Below, piece by piece: positions 13,199 to 27,000 of a DNA stretch of 64,000 nucleotides (position 1 is the first letter of the stretch; every line of letters begins with the position of its first letter). The translations under genes were made by a program, and so were the position numbers. This DNA is from Obrimoposthia wandeli (lineage: Eukaryota), in contig CDROCS010001038.1 in NCBI GenBank assembly GCA_977020255.1, forward strand, positions 1-64,000, given 5' to 3'. The notes under the pieces are model-generated. The model was given only the letters and a program-made list of their open reading frames with translations, was not told where the DNA came from and made no database searches.

Positions 13199-14369
13199 TT
13201 CTTAGAACTTGCCGCTCAATCGTGAGCATTTTGATTTTAATTAACCAATTAATATTAATTGGATTTTTAATAACCGTATTTTTTCATTTCTTTTTCCCTC
13301 TCAAAAATTCAAACACACATTTATTCCCCTCGAGCTCAAAGAAACGAGCACTCACACATAATTCTCAACATATGATAAAAAGATAATTTCATTCCATGTT
13401 TCGAAAGTGAAGAAAATACATAGGGTCGATTAATTCCGAGAACAATGAAGTAAATAAAAATCATGTACAAACTAGGAAATTTGTGAAAGTGAAGAAGACA
13501 TGATAGTTGATGATCAAACATTTGAAGATATGGAAGACTAAATTTGACGAAGACAATGTAGAATGGGACAATTCTGATGAATCAAACTGAGATGATAAAA
13601 TATTACTTGTTATAAATATTGTTGTCTTCTTGCTGTGTTCTTAACTTTCTTTTTTTATTTATTTATTACATAGGTAAAAGTTTCTTATTATTAATAATTG
13701 CCTATCTTTCATTCATTCGTCAAAAATACAGAAATATCTGATTTGAAATGCATTTATCTTTACAGACATATTCTCTAAAATGAAAATTCATCAAACATCC
13801 TGACTTTTATTTGTTTTTTAATTTATAGAAGAATCAATTTTTCCAACATTTTCGCTTAAACTGCAACATTACATAAACTTATTTTCTGATTAAATATCTT
13901 TTAGAGACAACATTTAATAGAAAAATACACTCAAATGCATTGGTTACGGTAATTTTTTAAACTTTGGGTGAAATACATTGGCCATTTGTAACGGGGCTAG
14001 TTTAATTTTTTCTAATAAAAACTTTCAAATTCAGGTTCCTTTTTGTTAAAGAATTCTCTTAATCTATAAAAATTAAATTTTTTCTGTAAATGGTGATTTA
14101 AAAATTATTAAATATTTTATTTAATTATTTCTATTACAAAAATTTAGAAAGTGAAATATATTTTATTGCTTAAATAATCTTATATTTTTAGGATATTTGA
14201 TCGTATACATTTTTAATTTTTATTGTTCATTGAAATAGCGGCATTTATAAATAATACTAAAAGTAAGAATTTTTACCAAGTAGAATAATTTAATTTTTTA
14301 CATTTAGAATGATTAGAATATGCATCCAACACAGAATAAAAATTCTTGAATATTATTTAATGAAAGGAA

Positions 14370-14560
14370 TATGGCCGATAAATGTGAGGAAATTTTAGAA
14401 CGAAAAAGATAAGACAAGATAAGATGAAAATGATCCATTTAGAACGTCAACAGTAATAAAAATAGTAAAAAAGTTTTAAAAACGGGGAATTTAAATGATA
14501 AAAGTCAAGTGGTCGTCCAAAGATTTCCCAAAATGGTTGCCGAAGAAGTCCTAAACTAAT
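14370..14560 (+). mobile_element. Tc1/mariner transposase N-terminal HTH remnant
   Basis: Pieces STVIKIVKKF..TGNLNDK..SGRPK match the Tc1-type motif STVxxIVKKFxxTGSVxDxxRSGRPK. Frameshifted. Confidence 0.45.
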
Positions 14561-16287
14561 CACGAGAATATGAATATGGTTTAGTTAGTTCGACAAATGT
14601 GACTAGAACCTTGAATACGTACGAATCAAGCATAGCGAATGTACAAACATTTTAGTCAATAAACATTATATACATAAGTGTAGAAATGTTCTTCTATTAT
14701 TAGAACTGAAAATTGCGAGGATTGTTTGTGTGTTCGTGGTAAGTTGCATTTTGAAAGCTTCAAAAGAAGGCTTTGTGAGACTTTCAAACTAAAATCTTCA
14801 TCATTTTTCAACTTTACGTGTAAACTTGTTGTTCAAAAATACACTATATTGTAAATGTTTCGTGGAAATAATAAGGTTGAATGTAAAATTTGATTTTAAA
14901 CTAGAATCAGAAATTTTCTTAACGAATGTTTATAAGAATTTCTTTAATTGTATATATATATACATAATTATGTATCATCTAACTGAACATATTCTAAAAA
15001 ATAGGGGAACTACAATCTCAGAATATTCTCACGATTTTTTTAAAATATAAAGTTCAATATTCGTATAATGAATGATCAGAAAACCTTTTTTATTTAAATA
15101 TTATTTCTGGAACTTTTAAATAACAATTATTTAAAATGAAAACAGAATACACTAGTACAGGGAGTTAAAACTAGTAAGTGTCAATGGGTGCCGGATGCCA
15201 ATATCTTTCAAACCCAAATATTATACATGTTAAGGAACAGAAACAGACAATTTAATTAAACTTATGATATTAATGTGGCTTTATTTATAATTCTGATCAA
15301 AGATATTTAAGTGAAATTAAATAAAATTCACCAAACTGAAATCTAAAATTAAAAATAAAAAAAACACATAAAATTAAGTTGGAAAACGAATTGCCTGAGT
15401 AAGGTCACCTGATGTGGCTATAAATTAGTCATATCATCAGGTGATTATAACAAACGAGCACGAGAGTGGAAAAACAAACTTAGAAGCTCTACAATAATGA
15501 GCAGAGCGTCAGTAATAGAGTGATATAAAACTCGACAATTTGAAATTATCGACTCAGAAGTAAGTGAGAATTTCCACGAGAATATTCTCCACAAGAAGTC
15601 ACAACAGGAATAAACAAGGAATAAGTTCAAGAGAAATTTCCACGTGAGGAAGTTTGACGAAAAATAACAGCACCGGACCCAACGTAACCGATTTCGACAT
15701 ACTACAGAACAATTCTGATTCCAACTACTTGCAAGTGAATATGATATGACTGCTACATTCTAATAACTATTACGTAATTACATCATGATTTAGTATAAGT
15801 TTAGGTAAACTATTTTAGTAGCCTCTACCTGTTTCATATTTTGTAGAATAAAATTACTGACCAGTAACGGTTGTTGCTTGTTTAAATTATCTAAGCCCAC
15901 CAGTAGGCTAAGAATTGTATCTGTTATATTCTGAAGCTGTAATGCTATTTTTATAAACCACTAACTACTGAACAATGTTTTATCCTATATATATCAAATG
16001 ATTTAGTATTGCACAAATCAATTTGATCAATTTTTATTATAAGTAACCGTCTTTAGGGAATTATATATTATTGAAATAATTTTTGTCATGTACTTTTGAC
16101 CATTTAGCAAATGAAGTTGTAATTATACATTGAGGCATCTAACCACGAACAATAACACAATAATCGGTAGCGAACTAAACACAACCGTAGGTTACCATAA
16201 GATTTACAATACCCTTCAGAAGAATTTATACTTATCAGGATAGATCTTTCACACAAGTCCTATACTTCTTAAGAACTCATGCACTAG

Positions 16288-16314
16288 AGATAAGATAAGA
16301 TAAGATAAGATAAG
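16288..16314. repeat. (AGATA)n microsatellite
   Basis: About 5 tandem copies of AGATA are directly visible. Confidence 0.9.
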
Positions 16315-16449
16315 CAGCGAAACAAGTCTGATACTAACACACATAGTTTATAATAAAAAACAACAACACTCATTTCAATATATTTATTTTTCAAAATACT
16401 AATAAAAACTAATTTATCTAATACTAATTTTAATAAATATGAATTTTGA

Positions 16450-16950
16450 TTCTGTTTTACTTTGTTTATCAGTTGCCCCATGTCTGGCTCTAATTTGATT
16501 GTTGTGATCCGCGATCTCTTAATGATAACTTGACCCGTTCTCCAATGTTCTCTATTCTGCATGTCACAGATACTTCTCTTTTCTCGACACAGAATATCTA
16601 CAGCTGTCACCTGACAGTCCTTAAAAAATTCATCATCTGTAAATGGCTTCCTTTTCTTGGCCATAAAATAGTTGATTTCAAAACTTACTCTTGTGTTCTT
16701 TACTATTCTCTAATTTTATGTCTAGAATTCATTGGCTGCTTAGATATTTAGGCCAGTGTTCTCCAAGTAATTTGAATGCTTACTTTCATTCAATGTTGTT
16801 TCTAATAAAATTCTTCGTTGTCGGTAATTGTTTGTTGATATAAATAAAATACACATAGGCTTTCCTTTGTATTCAGTGAAGAAGTACTGCTCATTCGAAC
16901 ACTTCATGAATGTTCTCGGTTCTGAATGTACTTTTCACTTCTTGCTTGTA
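16450..16950 (-). mobile_element. hAT (SPIN/GTF2IRD2-like) transposase N-terminal remnant
   Basis: KVHSEPRTF..EQYFFTEYKGKPMC and AKKRKPFTDDEFFKDCQVTAVDILCREK match the SPIN-like motifs KVDSECRVF..EQYFF..GKPVC and KPFSDGEFxKxC..DILCPEK. Confidence 0.75.
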
Positions 16951-18820
16951 CAGGTTATCTTTTCTGAAAATTATTTAATTCATAAATAAATTTATTAGGG
17001 GGTATGTCTCTATATGTACAAGGCTCAATAAGAGGGAGCCCTCTCTACTGCAGAGTATAATTTCGTCAAATGTAGGCCAAATTTCTTCGAATAGTTGGAT
17101 CTTTGGTTAATCTATGGTCATTTAGAGAGAATAATTAATTTCAAACTATTGTCAATTAGTGAAAAGCTTTTTATTTAAATAAAACTCTCAGTTAAACGAT
17201 TTACTGGCATATAAAAATTGTTAATTTTTTTTGAAAATTTAACAATAATTAGTGTAATTTTAAGACTCTTTCAATAAACAAACACACCTGTTCTTATTGA
17301 TCGTATTTTAAAATTCACAAACTCTCTTATTGACAGCAGTTTAAAATTAATAAACCTCTTCTAATTGCACCTTTAGACCATGGAGGAAGTCTTGAAATAT
17401 CCAATGCCGATAACCGGATCTAACCTTATAAAATATCATGGAGTAACCCACGTAATATTCTAGGCCGCGTACTGCTTACCAATTATCGTATAAGAAACCA
17501 TGATAACAGAATTTCTAACTATATTTCCGAAAGACACGTTAAAATTGAACAAAATCTACCAAATAGAACTAAATTGAATGTATATCCAATTATTTGCATC
17601 GAAATTCGTCTTGTTCCGACACGCAGTAAAAATTACCGAAATCTCTCTGAAAATTAACCGAATATCCAACTATTCGAAGGAATTTTACCTACATTCGACG
17701 AAAACAAGCTCTGCGACGGAGGGGGCTTCCTAGTACTTTGCGTTGGTACGAAGGACACACATCCCCTACTAAATTTAAATCTATTACAATAAGGTAAAAT
17801 AAAACATAAAATATATGAAAATTTCAATGGTTGCAGGTCGATTTGCTCTGGTATAACATAAAGACAAATAGTAATATCAATGAAAGATTCGTGAAACTTC
17901 ATGTTTCCCTGCACGATTAAAATAATTTACCATTCCACATATAACTCCAATAACATTTTTCAATTCTTGATTAGTAACTTTAATTGTATTAGCTTATCTG
18001 CCTGCCAATTTCCATTGTACATAATTCATTGCAGAATTCTCCAAAAATCTCAAAATTAAATCTTCTACATGCTATCTTGGACAACTTTAGCGAATTTTGT
18101 CTTTCGATCCAAAAGTTATTGTTTTTGTTGTTACTTGAAATCTATTGTCAATTTAGCATAATATGCAGCAAAATTGTAATTGTTGGCTGAATAAAAATTT
18201 ATTATAATTTGACGACCATAAATTGACTTTGAAATTCGTTCCATATGTTAGAATTAGGAAACTAAAACTAAAATAAATAATAACAATTATGTATACAAAA
18301 AATTCTACCTTAAAAATCAAAGCTTAAAATAAATGAAATATTAAAAAAATTTAAATTAAAGGATTTTAAAACATATTAAATTAAATTATGACCTTGAAGA
18401 GGTCGTGTAGAAATGTATATAGGATGGGTTAAAACAGTGTTAAAACGCCCGCAAAGAAGATAAGTTGAACTTAAAAAGAAGTCAGAAATCGAAATATTCG
18501 CAGAAAATTAAAAATTAAGTTGGACATTTACTCGCTGAGAATTGGACAGACTGTGTGGAGGGAGAAAGTCCATTAGTCTACGATCGAAGGAGACTCTTAT
18601 GTGGAAGAAAATCCATTAGCAGACTAAGAAAGACTCAACTCGTGACTCCGTGAGCTACGGGAAGCAGAAGGTGTCTCCCACATCGCCCTCCGAAGAAAGT
18701 AAATTTTCTATATCAAGTAAATATTTCTAAAAACTGTTACAGAAAAAATATTAGAATAGCAGAAAAATATCAGAATTGGAGTTGCAGTTGCAGATAAGAG
18801 TCGTTTCAGTTTGGGCAAGG

Positions 18821-19345
18821 ATATTTGAAGTTGAAGAAAGTTATTTGAAGTTGAAGAAAGTTATTTGAAGTTGAACAAAGTTATTTGAAGTTGAAGAAAG
18901 TTATTTGAATTTGAACAAAGTTATTTGATTTTGAACAACGTTATTTGAAGTTGAACAAAGATATTTGATTTTGAACAAAGTTATTTGAATTTGAAGAAAG
19001 TTATTTGAATTTGAAGAAAGTTATTTGAATTTGAACAAAGATATTTGAAGTTGAAAAAAGTTATTTGAAGTCGAACAAAGATATTGAAGTTGAACAAAGT
19101 TATTTGAAGTTGAACAAAGTTATTTGATTTTGAACAAAGTTATTTGAAGTTGAACAAAGATATTTGATTTTGAATTAAGTTATTTGAAGTTGAAGAAAGT
19201 TATTTGAAGTTGAACAAAGATATTTGAAGTTGAACAAAGCTATTTGAATTTGAACAAAGATATTGAAGTTGAAGAAAATTATTTGAAGTTATACAAGTTA
19301 TTTGAAATTGAACAAAGTTATTTGAATTTGAACAAAGTTATTTGA
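18821..19345. repeat. 20-bp minisatellite (TTATTTGAAGTTGAACAAAG)n, about 26 copies
   Basis: Direct reading of the tandem array, with small substitutions and occasional 1-nt deletions. Confidence 0.95.
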
Positions 19346-19539
19346 GATGGAAGGTTTGAAGCTATAAATCGCCCAAATTGGAATTGGTGACTAAAATTAC
19401 ATTTTGAATTTAAAAGCTAACAAGTAAAAAACATATTTGAATTGTAAAGTAAGGAAGTTCTAATTGTGTTAAGGTAAATATAGTTATTATAGCGAAATCG
19501 ATCAAAAATTCATTCAGAGTAAACTCTTATGTGAAATTA

Positions 19540-20300
19540 GTGTGCACCCTAACATATAGGTTAGCCGAGGAACAACCCACGAGACAATACTCTACGTGCT
19601 GACAGATTCAGAGGGGTATTGTCTACGTCGATTTGTCCCGGCTCTGTTCCATTGATGTCGATTTTAGTGTTGCCTGACCCTACTGACATAAAAAGTTAAC
19701 ACAGCTGATAAACAATCCACCCTACGTTACATCACACAACACTATTTTTTGGGTCCCACTAGCTATTCTGTGAACATAACTCTTTGTATACACCACAAGA
19801 CAATAAGATACAAAAACCTTCAGATTTGAGACTAAAATTGAGTAAGAAAAGAACAGGTAGGCCCTATCCATATGTAAGCCCTATTGCTACAGAACTGACG
19901 TTGGGGGCCTCCATACGAGGATACGTAAATTAATCCATACGAAAATTAACCCTTTAAAAGAAATCAACAGTCTTAAACAATCACTTTGTTAACTAGCCTA
20001 TGTCTTGCAATATAAACCCAAAAACTCACCAGCGCAAACGTCACAACTTAATTTATATGAAACTAAAACACCATCACTCCCAATCAGTTAGTAACACATA
20101 TAATACTATCTCTTCCTTGTCGAACAGGTAGGCCACATCCATATGTAAGCCCTATTGCTACAGAACTGACGTTGGGGGCCTCCATACGAGGATCTACTTG
20201 AATAAGAGTTTCAATTAGAAACCCCAACACAGAATTTTCTTTCTGCCTACAAGTTATTGAAGTGAATGGAAGACCAGTATATGGGGACATACAATGTCAT
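19540..20300 (+). mobile_element. 3' fragment of a LINE-like element (C-terminal Zn-binding region plus 3' UTR), copy 1
   Basis: ETILYVLTDSEGYCLRRF..PTDIKS resembles the C-terminal ETxxHVLxxC..RR..PxDI region of I/Loa/R1-type LINEs. Clearly homologous to 23625-24035. Confidence 0.4.
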
Positions 20301-21910
20301 ATTATACTAAAGGCAGATTAGGCTAAAGCTTAGTAACCAACCAAAAGCAGGGGCCCATGTAGCCTTTTCCTTTTCCTTTAAGTGTTAAATGTTAATACTA
20401 TGGATTGAGTTGTCGGCAAACTCACCATACCGATAGACAGAACTGTATTCGGCCGTCGCTTCGTGATATCATATAAACCTCCCTATGTCAACTATCTGTT
20501 AAATTCGACATGGGAATTAACTCAAATTTCATATAAGGGAATCTTTTTCAATATATTTTGTATTATAAACATTGATTTGGCTGCTATTGGCTGCTATTTT
20601 GTTGTGTTACAAATAAATTTCGTGTTGAAAATTTGATGTAATGTAAAAATACAATTTATATATGTGTACATTTGAATTGAAAATATTTTAGTGTGTGGAA
20701 TTCGCATGAGGGGGAATTCACATATTGTTATGTCAAAGAACCTAAAGCAGCTTGAATCCTCCTGGGCCCTACCAGCACTGGAGACATGGGAGAATGATAA
20801 TGAGAAAAATACCAGTTGGTGATTATAAATGTAAGTATCTGATTATGTGACTTTAATGTCTAGTATCAGTTTAGTTTGATGTTTATACATTTTGTAAATA
20901 ATTGATATGCCTTACATAAAGACTATTAAACGTCATTAAAATTAAATTTTAAGTCATATCATGAAGAATTTTTCTTTCCTAATCACAATAAAAATATTTA
21001 AAACAGCATAAAGAACAATAATATATAATCAATTTCTTAAAACTTTGTTATGGAAAACGAAATTATGAAAGCATTTGATCAATTTATTGTAAAGATTTCG
21101 ATACTCGTAAATTAACCCTTTGAAAGAAATCAACAGTCTTAAACAATCACTTTGTTAACTAGCCTATGTCTTGCAATATAAACCCAAAAACTCACCAGCG
21201 CAAACGTCACAACTTAATTTATATGAAACTAAAACACCATCACTCCCAATCAGTTAGTAACACATGTAATACTATCTCTTCCTTGTCGAAGTATAGTCTT
21301 TAAATTTAAAAATGCATCTGATGAAAAAAATAATTTAACAATTATCTGAAACTAATTTCAAAAGTCTCTTAAAAATCATGCTAGAAATATACTGTTCGAT
21401 TTAAAATGCGACTGAACACTGTATTGAACAGTTTCATTTTTATCTCATGTTTACACTGTAGTGACAATTAAGTATAGTGATATAGTGTATTTCTCATTAT
21501 CAGCGAACTGGCATGGTTGCATATGTGCTATATTGTTTTCATACACAATGCAAAAGACAATCTCCATATATCTACATATTTATAAACATATCGATTCAAA
21601 AACATTCAACTTGCTTCATTTTATAGTTTTAACAATGAAGTATTAAAGGTCGTTTCTAATATTTGTTAATTTATTAAAATTAAAACAGATACAACTAGAC
21701 CTGTCTATTGTGAACACTAACATCCATAAAAATGTATGGGTTCATAATAGACTTAATATGAACATTTCATTATAAATGTGTCATAATAAAATATCAAAAA
21801 CACTTTTAATATGTTTAAGTAAATTAATTTTAATATTTGAAAATAATCAGTAATCTTAAAATGATATTTTTTATATTTCAATAATAAATTACCTATTAAT
21901 GTCGGATAGT

Positions 21911-22520
21911 TTACCTCACTTTATAAAAAGCTTCATATGTCTCAATATTCTTAGCATCTTTTAAAATGTCAATTTTATCTGGGTTATCAATATCTTCTAA
22001 AACTTCTTTTATGTATTCATCATCGTTGGTTACATTATTGTCAAAAGTGGGAAAATCATATATATCAATTTCATTCATGTTTTCATTTATAACAATATTT
22101 GAAAATGATTCAGCATTTTCAAAGGATTTTCTGAAACAGTCTTCAATAGTTTTTACCGAAATATTTTTATGCCAATACATATATATCCCAAATATTTTGT
22201 TTTAATTAGTTTTTTTATTTATCGAATTGTTTAATTCAAATAGAATTGATCTTGTAATTAATTTCTTATAGTGAGGTTTAAAGAATTTAATAATTTCATG
22301 ATAGATTGGCTGATTTTAGAAATAGTGTTAGGAGGAAAATAAAATAGCTCAATATTTGAAAGTTCAATACCTACGAGATGCATAAAAAATGCCTTGTAAA
22401 AAATTTCTTCTTCCATTTCTCATTGTTTCCGTAATTATAAAATTTATTTTTTATTTAACTCTAAGGTCATCCGGAATTAAATTTTTTTGAATTATTTGAA
22501 AGTCTTAGTTTTTCAAGATT
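21911..22520 (-). mobile_element. pogo/Tigger transposase remnant (DDE C-terminal part)
   Basis: LSNIELFYFPPNTISK.QP..HEIIKFFKPHYKKLI, followed by WHKNISVKTIEDCFRKSF, match the pogo motifs FxPPNTTSxLQPLDQGII and WxxVxxxTIxNCFxKA. Confidence 0.8.
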
Positions 22521-23624
22521 TATTATTTTTTTGGACTTACCATTTATGAATGAAATTAACTTTTGCCTAATCATATTAAAAGCCAATGATATTGTTAGAT
22601 TAAGGTAACTTGAATAAGATAAATAAATAAATTATTTATATAAAAAAAATGTTACCTTAAAATCTAGGGGCAAATGAATTTATGAATGAAAATAAAAAAT
22701 AAATAGATTTTAAAATAAAATATCGAATTAAAATAAATTATGATCTTGAAATTGTCGTGGGAAATGTGTGTGGAATGAGTAGAACAGTGCGAGAAGGGGC
22801 CGAGGAATATAAATCTAGTGGGGAAGGATGAGTGGATTTCAAAAAGGCAGTTGAGATTTAATTAAGTAAGAAGAACGGAAACCTATTAGTCGCGGAACTC
22901 AACTCAATTAATTTGAGAAGAAGCACTCAGACTCCATTAGTTTGCAAAGAAGCACTCAGACTCCATTAGTTCGTGAAGAAGCACTCAGACAGGAATACTC
23001 TGCATCCATTAGTTTGCGAAGAAGCACTCAGACAGGAATACTTCGAGACGCAGCCGCCATCTCCCATATTCAGAGGCCTTGAGAAGCGAGAAGTGAGAGG
23101 TGAGTAAATTTGATATATAAAGATAAATTAATTTTCGATTATTGCAGAAAAATAGCAGAATAGCAGAAAAATTCGGAACTACAGATATTCAAATTAGCAA
23201 ATTCGGAACAACAGATATTCAAATTAGCAAATTCAGAATTACTGATATTTAAATTGAACTGGTGAGCAAAAAACACAACTTACATAAGGTACATTTTTTG
23301 AATAAAGACGATTTGAATTTTTAAGTAGATTTTAAGTAAAAACGAATTTAATTGTAAGTACATTTCGAGTAAAACAACGTTATTGAATTAGTCGGCAATA
23401 ACATATTAAATTAAAGAGTTAGATAGATGGGTAGAAAGGCACGAGTAATAATTTGAAGGGTGATTATAGCAGGAAGTGTAGAAAAGTATACGCATAGAAA
23501 TGTGTCAACCCTATTGTGTATTCTATAGTAATTTTAGGAAGTTTTAAGTGTGCTAAGTTAAATTTAGTTATTTTAGCGTAATCGATAGAAGATTCATGCC
23601 AAATTAAATTCTTTGTGCAATTTG

Positions 23625-24035
23625 TGTACCCTTTAACATATAGATTGGCCGAGGGAAAACCAACGAAACAATATTCCACGTGCTGACAGATTCAGAGGAG
23701 TATTGTCTACATCGATTGGTTCCGGCTCTGTTACATCGATATTCGGTCTTGGTGTTGTCAGACCCTTCCGACATAAAAGCCAACTCAGCTGATAAACTAT
23801 CCGCCCTGCGTTACATCACACCAAACTAGCTTTGGGGTCCTACTAGCTATTGTGTGAACACAACTCCTTGAACACACCACAAAACAATAAGACACAAAAC
23901 CTTCAGATTGAGACTAGAATTAAGTAGGACACGAACAGTTAGGCAACATCTATCTGTAAGCCGTATCGCTACAGACCTCATGTTGAGGGCCTTCATACGA
24001 GGATCTAATTGAAGAGTTTCAAATAGAAACGCCAA
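23625..24035 (+). mobile_element. 3' fragment of a LINE-like element, copy 2
   Basis: ETIFHVLTDSEEYCLHRLVP..PSDIKA; diverged homolog of 19540-19930. Confidence 0.4.
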
Positions 24036-27000
24036 CAATATACTTACTGAATATTTTCTAAATTTATGACAGGTTTATCTTCTCAGGGTATTGTGATGGT
24101 TCGATTAGACTTACATTTAAAAATAATCTGCACTCATCGTAAATAAAAATGCTTTCTGAATTCTATTCTTAAATTTTTTCATAAGGTAATCTCTAAAATC
24201 CTTTATTATTTCTACTTGTACTAGATTTGTTTCCCTGTAAATTTTCTGACCACTAATAAAGTATTTTTAAAACTTTCTATCCATACATTAAAAGCTTTAA
24301 TATATTAAATTTTTAAACTTTTGATAGCTTTAAAGCCATGAATTTTATCATATCTTCAGATAACCAGATATTTTTACATTTTAATTTGAGTAATTTCATA
24401 AACTTTGTATATATTTTTGAGCTTTTTGCTAACAGACGTTTCTTATTACCTCATATTCATTTGCTTTCGTAATTTCCTTTTTCATTTTTTTATTATTGAG
24501 TTTTTTCAACCAAGCGATACCTTAAAATGAGTAGCTAAAGATTGCTGAGTGTTTTAAAAAAAATAGTAGTATTTAATGAATTTAATAATATATTGAATGG
24601 CTGGATTTCTCATTCAAACAATATCACATAGTAACATAAAATTTAGATTTTTTTTCTAGGTAGACAATGATCTGATGGCAGCCATTTATTTGTATGATAT
24701 TTGTAAATGCAAATAAAACCGGTTTGCTGCCTTTTCTTTATATCTGGGAATCTGACTTTTAAATATAATTATCCAATAATCGAATATCACTATTAACTTT
24801 ATATATAATTGATAGGTTTTCTTTCCACAATTAATTCAATCAGTAAAATCAGAATAACAAATGGTATGCTTGATAGGTTTGATATGCTTGCAAAAATTAT
24901 TAAAATATGATTTGTTGCTAAAACATTCAGATTTTAAATCTCGAATTTACTAATAGACTGAAGTCGGACGTTGCCAGAACTTTATTTATATTTATCTATA
25001 AAACAGCTGTTAAATTCAGTTACTTTCGGATATTTTACTAACCTACACGTTTATAATTTTTTTTCTTTCATTTATTAATTTACTTTATTTATATTAATTA
25101 TTCATTATTATTATTTAAGTAATAAATATATCTACAGGTTTTTTCTTTATCAATAAACTCTAAACTGTCATATTTGGTAAATCAAAGTATTAAAAAATAC
25201 TATATTTTTGAAGTTCTTCGCATGTTTACATATTATTTTTTTAATGTCATAATTAAACATAATTAGCTCTATAACAAAATATTGCAATATATTTCAATTA
25301 ATAATTATATTGACTCAAAACATAAACTAAGAAAGTTGGTGTATAAATTTTCATTATCTATAATTTGTTTTGCTTTTGTGACCAATATATTGAATTTTTA
25401 TATATATATTTTAGGTGAGAATCCAAATTGTTCTCATTAGGATGATTATTTCAATGGTGATTTATAAAAATAACAACAATAATATATTTAATATAGTTCA
25501 AATATCTAATAAATCGAAGGTAGATTATCTTTATTAATATTTTATGAATATTTATTTTCGCAATATTTTATGAATATTAAAGCATTTATTGAATTTGTCA
25601 ACATTGTTACAGTTTCTTAGATCCATTGGTAATTTGCAGTCAACGTTAAGAGCATCAATTTAAAATATTCCATCACTCTGTTTATTATTTGAGTTTTTTA
25701 AACAGTTTTTAAGTCATCATTGTTGCTCTTAAGATGCATATACATACTCACCGCACCAGCCTCGAGGAAATCATATACATATTTGGGTTTTGAGATAATA
25801 AAATTTTGTTGTTAAAATCAGTAGATATCTGAATTCAAATATAGCATTGATCGATAACCTATGCAGCTTCATAAATTGTTCAATTGTACTAGAACTTTTC
25901 TTTAATCTGAATATAGTTCAAACGGTTTTTTTAAAATTTTGTAGAATCGATTTTATTAATAAATTGGAATACTTTGAAAATGTAATTGGAAATTTTGTTA
26001 AAATTTTAATATGCAATTATAACGAAAATTCATGTTACTCAATGTCTAGGATATCGAAAGAAAGTAAATCGGCTATGATTGAAGGAATTCGAGAAAAACT
26101 CTCAGATGACAAAGATTCTTTAGGCACGCAGTCAATTTCTATGTGAGACTTACGAAGCTGAAACTATTGCAGCTCGCTGATTCCGAATGAACTTAAGAAA
26201 TTTAGTATCAACCATATAATGTATTAAATTTTTAGATTGATTTGATTAACTCAAACATAATATGCGAACTTTTTGACACTTGCGGTTTTAACACATTTTA
26301 AATTTAATTGAGATTAATTTTGTAAAATCAATATAGTTGTTTAAACTATATTGTAAGAAATATGCTGCAAAGCAAGGTAGTTTAAGTCATTTCAATCTGG
26401 CATACAACTATAAATCTATCAAGTAACCAGCATAAGAAATCTGCAGTTATAGAATATTACAAAGGCACCAGTGCAAAGAAATAAAGGGCTGACGAAAAAA
26501 CAATTGCTAAATTATTAGTGAAATACTGAACAAGTTTTCGTTGTAATAGTGTTGTAAACATGCTGCTCTTGTCACTGGTGTCAAACTTGAAACTGTGCGA
26601 AAATGTCTCAATACCCTGAAATATAATCGATATAAAATGCAAACCGTACAGTGACTAAGTGAAGAGGATCATTCTTGTCGAGTTGAAATTGCGTAATTGA
26701 AGGAATTGGAAAACATAAGGAACTCTATAAAACAATGAAAAGCCAATGCTAAATGTTAAGTTTCATAAAAATAAAATGATTTTTTCAAATTCGTTCTACA
26801 TTTTTTGATTTATTACAGTTTTTACATCTTTACCTTTAGAGTTGTCACCCTCTATATTGGAAGGTGTTAAGGTTACGGTTGTCCAAATTTGCTCTTTAGA
26901 CGGTTTTATTTTGAAAATGCTAGAAATTTTCATTACAGAGCTTTTTCTCACTTCTGAAATTTCATGTGTAAAAATGAAAAGTTAACATAACATTTAATTT

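Noticed and set aside
17654-17914. 86-aa ORF and a GC-richer patch
   Set aside because: No recognisable motif or gene structure; probably an old transposon fragment.
18821-19345. CRISPR-like array
   Set aside because: The units are contiguous 20-mers with no unique spacers, in a eukaryotic context. It is a minisatellite.
24200-25400. Very AT-rich stretch with faint protein-like pieces on the minus strand
   Set aside because: No motif could be matched with confidence; too decayed to call.
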